Of a DNA stretch of 50,288 bases, positions 36,834-44,811 are shown in pieces (positions within the stretch are counted from its first letter, which is position 1; each line of letters starts with the position of its first letter). The stretch is from an uncultured Gammaproteobacteria bacterium (GTDB lineage Bacteria; Patescibacteriota; Microgenomatia; Levybacterales; UBA12049). The stretch is taken from the NCBI GenBank assembly GCA_964497535.1, contig CAZCCG010000003.1, positions 60,436-110,723 of the forward strand, given 5' to 3'. The translations under genes were made by a program, and so were the position numbers. A model generated the notes under the pieces. That model was not told the origin of the DNA and ran no database searches. It worked only from the letters and a program-made list of their open reading frames with translations.

Positions 36834-37442
36834 TTAGCAGCCGAGTTTTTGTTTGCAGGAAGCTTTTGCAGTTGCATTCGGAATAGAATCACATGCCGAA
36901 CATGCATTTCCCATTTTGATGCTTGGTCTTATTCCCTGCATAGCATTTGAGGCATCAATAAAATTGATATTGGATGGGGGAGTAAACAGAGTTGTATCAG
37001 GTGTCCAGCTTGTGCAGGTATAGTTATATTTTTGATTAAAATTATCCATTTTTTCTTGAGAGGGCATGCTCGTTGGGTTTGTTGCAGCTTTGTACGTCAT
37101 TTTAGTTCCTATATTTGCTGCAGATGTCCAGGTATAAATAATATCTCCTTTTTTAATCATATAAGTCTTTATCGTTTGTTTTGCTATTGTTGTAGTAAAA
37201 TTACCTCTTAGATTGGCTCCTGAGACATATATCACTCCATTGCTAATTGTTTTTTGTTGTTTAGTGGAATAGGTACATTGCATATCTTTTCCGGTATTGG
37301 TGAGATCCCAGAATTTACCGGTCAGTTTTTTGTTGATTACGGGAGTTTTTGCATCTGCAAGGGGAACACTATACGGGGAGGAAGAAAGAACGATTCCTAC
37401 TATTGAAATGAAAGCTATCAGTAAGACAATAAGCTTATTCAT
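36834..37442 (-). CDS. Secreted hypothetical protein with Cys-rich tail
   Basis: Signal peptide, CTSW.PD..LF.PP, C-terminal CSAC...C...C. Confidence 0.75.
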   Translation of the reverse strand: MNKLIVLLIAFISIVGIVLSSSPYSVPLADAKTPVINKKLTGKFWDLTNTGKDMQCTYSTKQQKTISNGVIYVSGANLRGNFTTTIAKQTIKTYMIKKGDIIYTWTSAANIGTKMTYKAATNPTSMPSQEKMDNFNQKYNYTCTSWTPDTTLFTPPSNINFIDASNAMQGIRPSIKMGNACSACDSIPNATAKASCKQKLGC

Positions 37443-37505
37443 AATCTATAACCAGTATATCACATGGATTGCACGATTTTCAATAGACAATGTGAGGGGA
37501 TTATA

Positions 37506-37543
37506 AATTAAGCATTGACTTAATTAAGAAAATAGTTTATTAT
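37506..37543 (+). promoter_or_regulatory. Promoter TTGACT-17-TATTAT with overlapping ArsR-type operator
   Basis: AATTAAG-N6-CTTAATT palindrome covers the -35; ATG 6 nt after the -10. Confidence 0.7.
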
Positions 37544-37549
37544 GTCTCC

Positions 37550-37876
37550 ATGGATACATTTTCGGCACTTGCAGACCCGACCCGTCGACACATTATCGAA
37601 CTTCTCGCAAAAAAAGGAACGTTACCTGCGACTTCTATTTCTTCCAACTTTCGGATGAGTCCGCCTGCAATTTCCCAACATCTCAAGGTGTTACACACTG
37701 CAAATTTAGTATCTGTTGAAAAAAAAGCGCAGCAACGGTTGTACAAAATCAACCCCAATGCAATAGACGAAATTGAGACCTGGCTTCACATGCTGAAAAA
37801 ACAATGGGAAGCACGGTTTGATCGGTTAGATATATTACTTGCTAAAGAACAAAAAAAACGAAAGGGGGTGAAATAA
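37550..37876 (+). CDS. ArsR/SmtB family regulator
   Basis: FSALADPTRRHII, AISQHLKVL, W..RFDRLD. Confidence 0.92.
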   Translation: MDTFSALADPTRRHIIELLAKKGTLPATSISSNFRMSPPAISQHLKVLHTANLVSVEKKAQQRLYKINPNAIDEIETWLHMLKKQWEARFDRLDILLAKEQKKRKGVK

Positions 37877-37962
37877 TAACAACTAACTACTGATTCATGA
37901 CTACTAACATGTATGTAAAAGATTTGTTAGAAGTTAGAGGTTATTAGTTAGAAGCTGATATT
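37861..37962 (+). promoter_or_regulatory. Shine-Dalgarno separated from its ATG by an 85-nt periodic hairpin (copy 2)
   Basis: AAAGGGGGTGAAATAATAACAACTAAC...GTTAGAAGCTGATA TT ATG; 29 of the first 31 nt match copy 1. Confidence 0.7.
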
Positions 37963-38439
37963 ATGGAAGATCAAGTTGGTAAAGAATTAACAATGACCCG
38001 TACGTTTGACGCACCAAGAGATGTGGTTTTCAACGCATGGACTGATGCCAAATTAGTTGCACAGTGGTGGGGACCAAATGGAGTATTTAATCCTGTTTGT
38101 GAAGTTGATGCTCGCGTAGGAGGCAAAATACATATCATTATGGAAGCCGGAGAGGAACTGGGTAAATTCAAAGGAACTCAGTGGCCGATGACGGGGGAAT
38201 TTAAAGAGATAGAAAAACCATCAAAAATTGTTTTTGCTGCGAATGCTATCAACAATGATACAGTGATTTTGGAGCATCTCACAACTGTTACATTTGAAGA
38301 AGAGAATGGTAAAACCAAAATGAAAGTTCATGTCGTTGTAACAAAAGCTCTCCCAGGATCAGAATTTGCCATTAAAGGCATGGAACAAGGATGGAACCAG
38401 CAATTGGACAAACTGGTGAAGTTTATCCCAACAAGCTAA
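37963..38439 (+). CDS. SRPBCC/Aha1-like domain protein
   Basis: RTFDAPR..VF.AWTD...WWGP, GWNQQLDKL. Confidence 0.9.
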   Translation: MEDQVGKELTMTRTFDAPRDVVFNAWTDAKLVAQWWGPNGVFNPVCEVDARVGGKIHIIMEAGEELGKFKGTQWPMTGEFKEIEKPSKIVFAANAINNDTVILEHLTTVTFEEENGKTKMKVHVVVTKALPGSEFAIKGMEQGWNQQLDKLVKFIPTS

Positions 38440-38468
38440 GGTTTCTGTATGAAAGGAGGTGAATAAAA

Positions 38469-38957
38469 ATGAAAGATAAAAATGAATTAGTGATTACTCG
38501 GGTTTTTGATGCACCGGTTGCTATCGTTTGGAAATATTGGAGTGAGCCGGAATACATGAAAAAATGGTGGGGACCGAAAGATTTTACGGCACCGGTTGTC
38601 AAAATTGATTTTAAGGTAGGAGGAAAGATTTTGGCTTGTATGCATGGCGTTGGAATGCCCGGGACAGAAGCACAAGACTTTTGGAGTACCGGAACATACA
38701 AGGAAATTGTTCCAATGAAAAAAATTGTGGTAACCGACTCTTTTGCTGATGAAAATGGCAATGTAGTTTCGGCAGAAAAATATGGTATGCCAGGGTTTCC
38801 TATGGAACTTCTGATAACCATAACTTTTGAAGAAAAAGACGGAAAAACAAAAATGACATTAGTGCATTCTGGAATTGCACAACTTGATGAAAAAACACGT
38901 CAAGATATGAATCAAGGATGGAATCAGTCGTTTGACAAATTCGCTGCGAATTTGTAA
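38469..38957 (+). CDS. SRPBCC/Aha1-like domain protein
   Basis: RVFDAP, WWGPKDF, GWNQSFDK; SD AGGAGGT. Confidence 0.9.
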   Translation: MKDKNELVITRVFDAPVAIVWKYWSEPEYMKKWWGPKDFTAPVVKIDFKVGGKILACMHGVGMPGTEAQDFWSTGTYKEIVPMKKIVVTDSFADENGNVVSAEKYGMPGFPMELLITITFEEKDGKTKMTLVHSGIAQLDEKTRQDMNQGWNQSFDKFAANL

Positions 38958-38969
38958 TAAGAAAGTGAG

Positions 38970-38995
38970 AGGGAGGAATTACATCCTCCCTTTTT
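38970..38995 (+). terminator. Intrinsic terminator
   Basis: AGGGAGGA/TCCTCCCT stem then TTTT. Confidence 0.75.
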
Positions 38996-39047
38996 GCTTT
39001 CAAAAGTTATTGCATATTTCCCATTTTTTGTTATACTAACTAAACGT

Positions 39048-39464
39048 ATGAAACCAACTTTGGCACCTTATCTTAACTTTAATGGTAATGCAAAGGAAGC
39101 AATGGAGTTTTATCAGTCAGTTTTGGGTGGGAAATTGTATATCCAAACTTTTGGTGATGCCAAAATGGCAAAAAATGATGCGGAAAAAGATTTAACGGTT
39201 CATGCTGCTCTTACTGCCGATGGTATTAGTCTATATGCCAGTGATGGACATCCGGAAACCAAAGTAGTGTTTGGCGACAATGTGCATCTAAGCTTAATGG
39301 GTAATGATGAGGCAACCTTGACAAAATACTTTAATGGACTCTCTGCAGGTGGGAATGTTGACATGCCGCTTGCCAAACAATTTTGGGGAGATACCTTTGG
39401 CATGCTCACCGATAAATTTGGCGTCCATTGGATGGTTAATATCGGCTCCGCAACACAAAAATAA
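39048..39464 (+). CDS. VOC/PhnB family protein
   Basis: PYLNFNGNAKEAMEFY, FWGDTFGMLTDKFGVHWM. Confidence 0.92.
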   Translation: MKPTLAPYLNFNGNAKEAMEFYQSVLGGKLYIQTFGDAKMAKNDAEKDLTVHAALTADGISLYASDGHPETKVVFGDNVHLSLMGNDEATLTKYFNGLSAGGNVDMPLAKQFWGDTFGMLTDKFGVHWMVNIGSATQK

Positions 39465-39499
39465 ACTCCCGCTTTTCTATAAATAAGGAAAATAGTTAT

Positions 39500-40105
39500 A
39501 TGAGAAAAATAATTGTTTTTAATTTAATTTCTCTTGACGGTTATTTTGCCGGAGTTGATGGGAATATTGATTGGCATCAGGTAGATGATGAATTTAATCA
39601 ATTTGCTATTGAACAAACGAGCAGTTTTGGAGGAATCATTTTTGGAAAAACTACCTACAAAATGTTTGAAGAATTCTGGCCAAAAGCGCTGACAGATCCC
39701 AAAACTTCTCCCGATGACCGCAAAATCGCCCAAATAATTGACGATATCTGGAAATTGGTATTCTCCACATCTCTCACAGATGTTACCTGGAAAAATTCAA
39801 AGCTATTGAAAGAAATAAATCCGGATGAGATTAAAAAATGGAAAGCAATGGATGGCAAACCTGCCTCGCCTGACGAGCGAACGAGTCAAGGCGGGGACTT
39901 AGTTATATTTGGCAGCGGTACAATTGTCCAGCAATTTACCAATTTGGGATTGATTGATGAATATAGATTATTGGTAAATCCGGTGATTTTGGGAAAAGGC
40001 AAACCAATGTTTGCAAATATGAAAGATAAAGTTGAACTGAAACTTCAAAATGAGCGGACATTTAAAAACGGTAACGTTTTACTTACATATGTGCCGCAAC
40101 ATTAA
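39500..40105 (+). CDS. Dihydrofolate reductase-like (RibD C-terminal) family protein
   Basis: ISLDGY, FGKTTY, IFGSG, LIDEYRL.V.PVILG.G; carries a 12-aa palindromic insertion. Confidence 0.9.
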   Translation: MRKIIVFNLISLDGYFAGVDGNIDWHQVDDEFNQFAIEQTSSFGGIIFGKTTYKMFEEFWPKALTDPKTSPDDRKIAQIIDDIWKLVFSTSLTDVTWKNSKLLKEINPDEIKKWKAMDGKPASPDERTSQGGDLVIFGSGTIVQQFTNLGLIDEYRLLVNPVILGKGKPMFANMKDKVELKLQNERTFKNGNVLLTYVPQH

Positions 40106-40355
40106 GCCACTTTTCAATTTTGATCCCCCTGCGACAGATGAAGAAATCAGAAATGCATCTTTGCAGTATGTGCGAAAACTGTCAGGTTTCCAAAAACCCT
40201 CAAAAGCCAATGAAGTTGAATTTGAACGAGCAGTTGATGCAGTTGCAAAAGTAACGCAGAAATTGCTTGATTCGTTTGTTACCGATGCCAAAGCTCGTGA
40301 TAGGGAAGTAGAAGCCGCTCGCGCCAAAGCCCGCTCTGCAAAGAGATTTAGCTAG
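40089..40355 (+). CDS. DUF2277 family protein
   Basis: MCRNIKPLFNFDPPAT..EI...SLQYVRKLSG. Confidence 0.88.
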   Translation: MCRNIKPLFNFDPPATDEEIRNASLQYVRKLSGFQKPSKANEVEFERAVDAVAKVTQKLLDSFVTDAKARDREVEAARAKARSAKRFS

Positions 40356-40390
40356 ACACACCCGGTGTGTGTTAGCTAGACACCTAAGGA
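40349..40390 (+). repeat. REP-like palindrome copy 3 (overlaps the DUF2277 stop codon)
   Basis: TAGCTAGACACACCCGGTGTGTGTTAGCTAGACACCTAAGGA. Confidence 0.9.
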
Positions 40391-40400
40391 GTTCCCTTTA

Positions 40401-40775
40401 TCATTTCTTCCATTTTGGTGGGCGGTAGCGATTACCCTTGGGTCTGACAGCTTGACTATCATAGACAATATGTTCGGTGGGGGGTTGATAATTAACAAGA
40501 CTTTCATGAGTGGTTTGATGCGCATACCACATCAAATCTCCAATGATGTTACGAGGGTGAGGTAATCCATGAAGTGCTCGGGCATTAAGTGTAAAAACAA
40601 TAGCTGCAACTTGTGTTCCCATTTTCAATTTTCGTTGCCAGGGAGACTGAATAACCTCCAAACGCTTTTGGGCAACCGGGCCGGGCCTCCCTTGGGGTAA
40701 TTCGACGCACGGTGAGGGAGGGGGGATTTTAATTCTTTCGGCAATTCCTGCAGCAAGTTCTCCAAACTCTTTCAT
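40401..40775 (-). CDS. Hypothetical ORFan
   Basis: TATAAT shortly before ATG on the minus strand; no motif. Confidence 0.55.
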   Translation of the reverse strand: MKEFGELAAGIAERIKIPPPSPCVELPQGRPGPVAQKRLEVIQSPWQRKLKMGTQVAAIVFTLNARALHGLPHPRNIIGDLMWYAHQTTHESLVNYQPPTEHIVYDSQAVRPKGNRYRPPKWKK

Positions 40776-40859
40776 AATCTGAGATTATATCATCTCTCCT
40801 TATAATTTTCTTACAATAAAACCCTTGCGTGATAAAATTATTTGAGATATACTTATATT

Positions 40860-41219
40860 ATGTTGAATTTAAATTCGGTAATGGTCGGATCAATGCAGCC
40901 CAAAGTTATGGCTGCTTTTTATGAAAAAGTATTTGATAAAAAGCCTGATATGTCTGAAGGTGGATGGAGTGGCTGGTCAGTGGGAAGTGCCTTTTTCTCA
41001 GTAGGGGAACATTCCGAGATGAAAGGTCAGGCAAAAGATCCAGGACGGGTGATGTTTAACTTGGAGACCAAAGAAGTGAAAGAAGAATTTGAACGTATTA
41101 AAGCCTCGGGAGCAACCGTCATAAAAGAACTCTATGAAATGGGCGGCGGCTGGATTGCCACCTTTGCAGACCCCGATGGCAACTACTTCCAAATCATGAC
41201 CCCCTGGGACAACAAATAA
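40860..41219 (+). CDS. VOC/glyoxalase family protein
   Basis: AAFYEKVF, ATFADPDGNYFQ. Confidence 0.9.
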   Translation: MLNLNSVMVGSMQPKVMAAFYEKVFDKKPDMSEGGWSGWSVGSAFFSVGEHSEMKGQAKDPGRVMFNLETKEVKEEFERIKASGATVIKELYEMGGGWIATFADPDGNYFQIMTPWDNK

Positions 41220-41348
41220 TATCCTCACACGAAGTTTATACCAACGAAACACATTAGATTTTTATACAAAGTTTATTAGCCAATGGGTTGGAGGATCTCT
41301 AATAAGAAGCATATTGGCATATTTTCTTAGGAGGTATATGATAGATTC

Positions 41349-41876
41349 ATGAAAACGTATACCTGTCCAATGCACCCAGAAATAAAAGGAAAAAAGGGGG
41401 AGAAGTGTCCCAAATGTGCCATGATGCTTGTGCCCAAATCAACGAGCTTGAAAAAAGTAGCTCTCAGTGCGACGCTTCATTGTCTGACTGGTTGTGCTGT
41501 CGGAGAAATTTTAGGCATGGTTATCGGTACTTATTTTAATATCCATAACCTTGGTTCTATAGTGTTATCTATCTTTCTTGCATTTGCCTTTGGTTATTCA
41601 TTTAGTCTTATTCCCTTATTGCGTTCAGGACTGTCTTTTGTAAAAGCTTTACCACTTGCGTTGGCTTCTGATACGGTTTCTATAACAGTTATGGAAATTA
41701 TGGATAACCTTATTATCTTTTTTATCCCTGGGGCGTTGGACGCACAGTTAAATACAGGTCTTTTTTGGGGCAGTCTGGCTGTATCTCTGTTTGTAGCGTT
41801 CTGGTCTGCATACCCGGTCAATATGTACCTTATTTCCAAAGGGCGCGGTCATGCAGTTATCCATACTCACCACTAA
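41349..41876 (+). CDS. DUF4396 membrane protein with N-terminal heavy-metal-binding domain
   Basis: YTCPMHPEI...CPKCAMML; ATLHCLTGCAVGE; His tail. Confidence 0.88.
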   Translation: MKTYTCPMHPEIKGKKGEKCPKCAMMLVPKSTSLKKVALSATLHCLTGCAVGEILGMVIGTYFNIHNLGSIVLSIFLAFAFGYSFSLIPLLRSGLSFVKALPLALASDTVSITVMEIMDNLIIFFIPGALDAQLNTGLFWGSLAVSLFVAFWSAYPVNMYLISKGRGHAVIHTHH

Positions 41877-41910
41877 TACATTCTTATAACTTCAAATAGT
41901 TTGTTTTACA

Positions 41911-41950
41911 TAGACACACCCGGTGTGTGCTAGCTAGACACATCAGGATT
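41911..41950 (+). repeat. REP-like palindrome copy 4
   Basis: TAGACACACCCGGTGTGTGCTAGCTAGACACATCAGGATT. Confidence 0.9.
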
Positions 41951-41983
41951 GTTGCCTCTATAATCAAGAGGTAGGTATCTTCG

Positions 41984-42895
41984 ATGAAAAAAACTCTCTT
42001 TATTTTCTTTTTTCTCTTCTTGGGTCTTTTGCATTCCAGTGGGGTATATGCCAATAATCCCGACCAGCCTCATTCAAGTCTGAGTGCATCTGGTTCATTT
42101 CCGGCTGATGGGAAAACCCAAGCGACTATAACAGTGACGCTCTTGGACAAATTTGGTAATCCTGTAGTCGGACATTCTGTAAATATTTCAGATCCCAATA
42201 ATAGTACTGTGGGTATTACAACCGTTTCCGGGACAACCAGTAGCAGCGGACAAGCAACATTTTCAATTACCTCAAGTCTTGCTCAGACAGATAATCTCAA
42301 TATTTTGGATATAACATCCGGTTCAGTTCTCAATGGGTTGGGAACGGTTACATTTTATTCTATCGTACCTACTGCGGCAGGAGCTTGTTCCAATCCTCCT
42401 CCGGGAAGTTATCCTGTTTTGACATCGGCTGTGGCAAGCGGCCAGAATCAAATTACACTCACATGGTTGCCAGCTGCAAGCCCAGTTACTTATTATGTGT
42501 TGGTATATGGAACGTCCTCGGGAAATTACATGTATGGTAATCCCAATATAGGCAATGGAACCTCATACACAGTGAGTTATTTAAACCCTGGCAAAAAATA
42601 CTATTTTGCCATTAGAGGAGTAAATATTTGCACACCGGGCAGTTACTCCAATGAACTATCTGCAGTGACTCAAGGTGGGGGAACAACTTCTTCTTATGCT
42701 GTTTCCAACTCAGCACCCGCAGCTAAACCAGTAGTAAGTCTGGCGGTTGCTAAACCGGCGACGAATGCACTGCCCACTAGTCCGGCGTTTCAAACAAGCG
42801 TACAGCAACCTATTCAATCACAAAAAAAGTATGTACCCCCTGTTCCAAAATCTACACAACCCCAAAAAACCTGTTTCCTCTTTATTTGTTGGTAG
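41984..42895 (+). CDS. Secreted Ig-like (Big_1) plus fibronectin type III protein
   Basis: PADG...ATITVTLLD..GNPV.G; ITLTW...YTV..L.PG..YYFAI. Confidence 0.85.
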   Translation: MKKTLFIFFFLFLGLLHSSGVYANNPDQPHSSLSASGSFPADGKTQATITVTLLDKFGNPVVGHSVNISDPNNSTVGITTVSGTTSSSGQATFSITSSLAQTDNLNILDITSGSVLNGLGTVTFYSIVPTAAGACSNPPPGSYPVLTSAVASGQNQITLTWLPAASPVTYYVLVYGTSSGNYMYGNPNIGNGTSYTVSYLNPGKKYYFAIRGVNICTPGSYSNELSAVTQGGGTTSSYAVSNSAPAAKPVVSLAVAKPATNALPTSPAFQTSVQQPIQSQKKYVPPVPKSTQPQKTCFLFICW

Positions 42896-42907
42896 AATCT
42901 AATGCTT

Positions 42908-42935
42908 GTCATTGCGAGCGCAGCGAAGCAATCTC
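42908..42935 (+). repeat. Short palindromic element GTCATTGCGAGCGCAGCGAAGCAATCTC
   Basis: ATTGC/GCAAT arms; GTCA...ATCTC ends shared with the reverse complement of 44991-45017. Confidence 0.65.
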
Positions 42936-42965
42936 TCCGTGCTTGCCTCGTTAAGTCTGTGAGAA

Positions 42966-42995
42966 TAGCTAGACACACCCGGTGTGGGTTAGCTA
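42966..42995 (+). repeat. REP-like palindrome copy 5
   Basis: TAGCTAGACACACCCGGTGTGGGTTAGCTA. Confidence 0.88.
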
Positions 42996-43011
42996 TAATT
43001 AGCTCATAAGT

Positions 43012-43614
43012 ATGAAAAATACCAATTCCAAAGTTGATGACTATATAAAAAATGCTCAACCGTTTGCCCGTCCTATTCTCAAACACATTCGGGAGCTGAT
43101 GCACAAAGGATGTCCAGAGCTTACGGAGACTATCAAATGGGGCATGCCACATTTTGAATATCATGGTGTTATTGCCAGTATGGCGGCTTTTAAAGAACAT
43201 GCTGTTTTTGGTTTTTGGAAACAGGATCTTATTCCTGGGATGAAACAATATATCAAAGAAAAAGAGGCGATGGGATCATGGGGGAGAATTACAACGCTTC
43301 AAGGAATTCCACCGGATAAAGATATTATTGAATTTGTGCATGTTGCTGCAAATTTGAATGAACGGGGAATCAAATCTCCAAAGCGTGCGCCAAAGCCAGT
43401 CAAATTTGATATGCCTTCTGATTTTATGAGAGCGATCAAAGCAAATAAGAAAGCATTTGAAACGTATGAAGCTTTCAGTCCAAGCAACAAAAGAGACTAT
43501 GCAGAATGGATCAATGATGCCAAAACTGATGAGACACGAGAAAGTCGGATGAAAACAGCAATTGAGTGGATGTCAGAGGGCAAACCACGCATGTGGAAGT
43601 ACATGAAAAAATAG
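43012..43614 (+). CDS. YdeI/OmpD-associated family protein (DUF1801)
   Basis: VDDYI, ETIKWGMPHF, AKTDETR..R. Confidence 0.88.
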   Translation: MKNTNSKVDDYIKNAQPFARPILKHIRELMHKGCPELTETIKWGMPHFEYHGVIASMAAFKEHAVFGFWKQDLIPGMKQYIKEKEAMGSWGRITTLQGIPPDKDIIEFVHVAANLNERGIKSPKRAPKPVKFDMPSDFMRAIKANKKAFETYEAFSPSNKRDYAEWINDAKTDETRESRMKTAIEWMSEGKPRMWKYMKK

Positions 43615-43627
43615 GAGAAAAATTTGT

Positions 43628-44059
43628 ATGTCTTCAATACCTTCTGATCAGAGTCTGTATGACCAACTAGCTTACTACACGCTCGCACATGCATATGAGC
43701 ATCCCGAATTTATCCATCAGTATATTGTCGATGCATTTGCCGCCCAGACCGCTGATGCAAAAACCAAACCAATCACTATTACTTTTGCACTCCTTGGTCT
43801 GTATCTCCATTTAGAAAAAAAGTATACAGGTAGACAAGTACAACTGGCTCATATAGAGTTAGCCAAAAAGCAAAAAGTTTGGCCAACCTTTGCTTTACCA
43901 CAGAATCGAGGAGATGTTACCGTTGCTGATGTCCTCAAAGTCGCCGAAGGTTCCCAGCGAGATGAAATGATAAACAAATGGTGTGTTTCAGTATGGAATG
44001 CCTACAAAGATATCCATCAACAAGTAAAAGATTTAGTAAACAAGTACCTAAGTGAATAA
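43628..44059 (+). CDS. DUF5946 family protein
   Basis: HQYIVDAFAAQ, LLGLYL.LE, W..SVW.A. Confidence 0.75.
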   Translation: MSSIPSDQSLYDQLAYYTLAHAYEHPEFIHQYIVDAFAAQTADAKTKPITITFALLGLYLHLEKKYTGRQVQLAHIELAKKQKVWPTFALPQNRGDVTVADVLKVAEGSQRDEMINKWCVSVWNAYKDIHQQVKDLVNKYLSE

Positions 44060-44088
44060 AATCCTTTTCTTCTGCTATAATTAGCTTC

Positions 44089-44811
44089 ATGAAAAGCTCA
44101 AAAAAAATACTTCAAAAAGTTGAGGATAGTTATTTGAAGTTTTCAGAACACTCGAAAACTCGGTGGTTTAGAGGTGTGCTGCAATCTCTTGACGTTGATC
44201 TTAATTCAAATGGAGGGATAAGAATTAATTTAGGACAGTTTCTAGAAAGATTTCTATTTACTCAAGCAGATATAATCTCTCAGGAGAGAGTGGAAAGTTC
44301 AGTAAGAGAATTAAATAATAAACTTAAGTTGATTAATATAGATCATAAAGAACTCAAGGAGAGATTGGAAGAATTTGCAAAGCTATTTCTAAGATTTTAC
44401 GCTATGACGGGATCTCAGGCATCCGGTGAACTTCGTAACGCATATGTAAATCAAATGGCAAATTTCTTTGATGAAAGAAATGCAGAAGAATCCAATAACT
44501 TGTTTTATCAACAACTCTTATTTAGACTTTCAGCACAACATTATAGTATCCTGGTATATGCAGAACAAATCTTTGGGAAAGATGCTGGGCAACGATTTGA
44601 GAATTCAAAATCTCTTAGAGAAGCAATCAGAGATAAATTTATAAAACAGGGATTAGAGGAAGCAGTGATTGAAGGTATAATTAAAGACTTAGATGCCATG
44701 GGCTTAATGAATTCTACTCAAAGTTCACTCTTTGGAGGGGATTTACATCAACTTTTTGTTACAAAATTAGGAAGTAAGTTACTTAGTCAAGTGGAGGATA
44801 TCAAAAAATGA
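44089..44811 (+). CDS. Hypothetical protein, possibly Abi-alpha/DUF4393-like with C-terminal winged helix
   Basis: Lower GC; LRNAY..QMANF, LLFRLS..H..IL, DL.AMGL...VT.LG..L. Confidence 0.55.
   Translation: MKSSKKILQKVEDSYLKFSEHSKTRWFRGVLQSLDVDLNSNGGIRINLGQFLERFLFTQADIISQERVESSVRELNNKLKLINIDHKELKERLEEFAKLFLRFYAMTGSQASGELRNAYVNQMANFFDERNAEESNNLFYQQLLFRLSAQHYSILVYAEQIFGKDAGQRFENSKSLREAIRDKFIKQGLEEAVIEGIIKDLDAMGLMNSTQSSLFGGDLHQLFVTKLGSKLLSQVEDIKK

Noticed and set aside
9987-42995. Repeats as a CRISPR array or integron attC sites
   Set aside because: Dispersed over kilobases with no regular spacers or cas genes; too short for attC, lacking the RYYYAAC box, and no integrase seen
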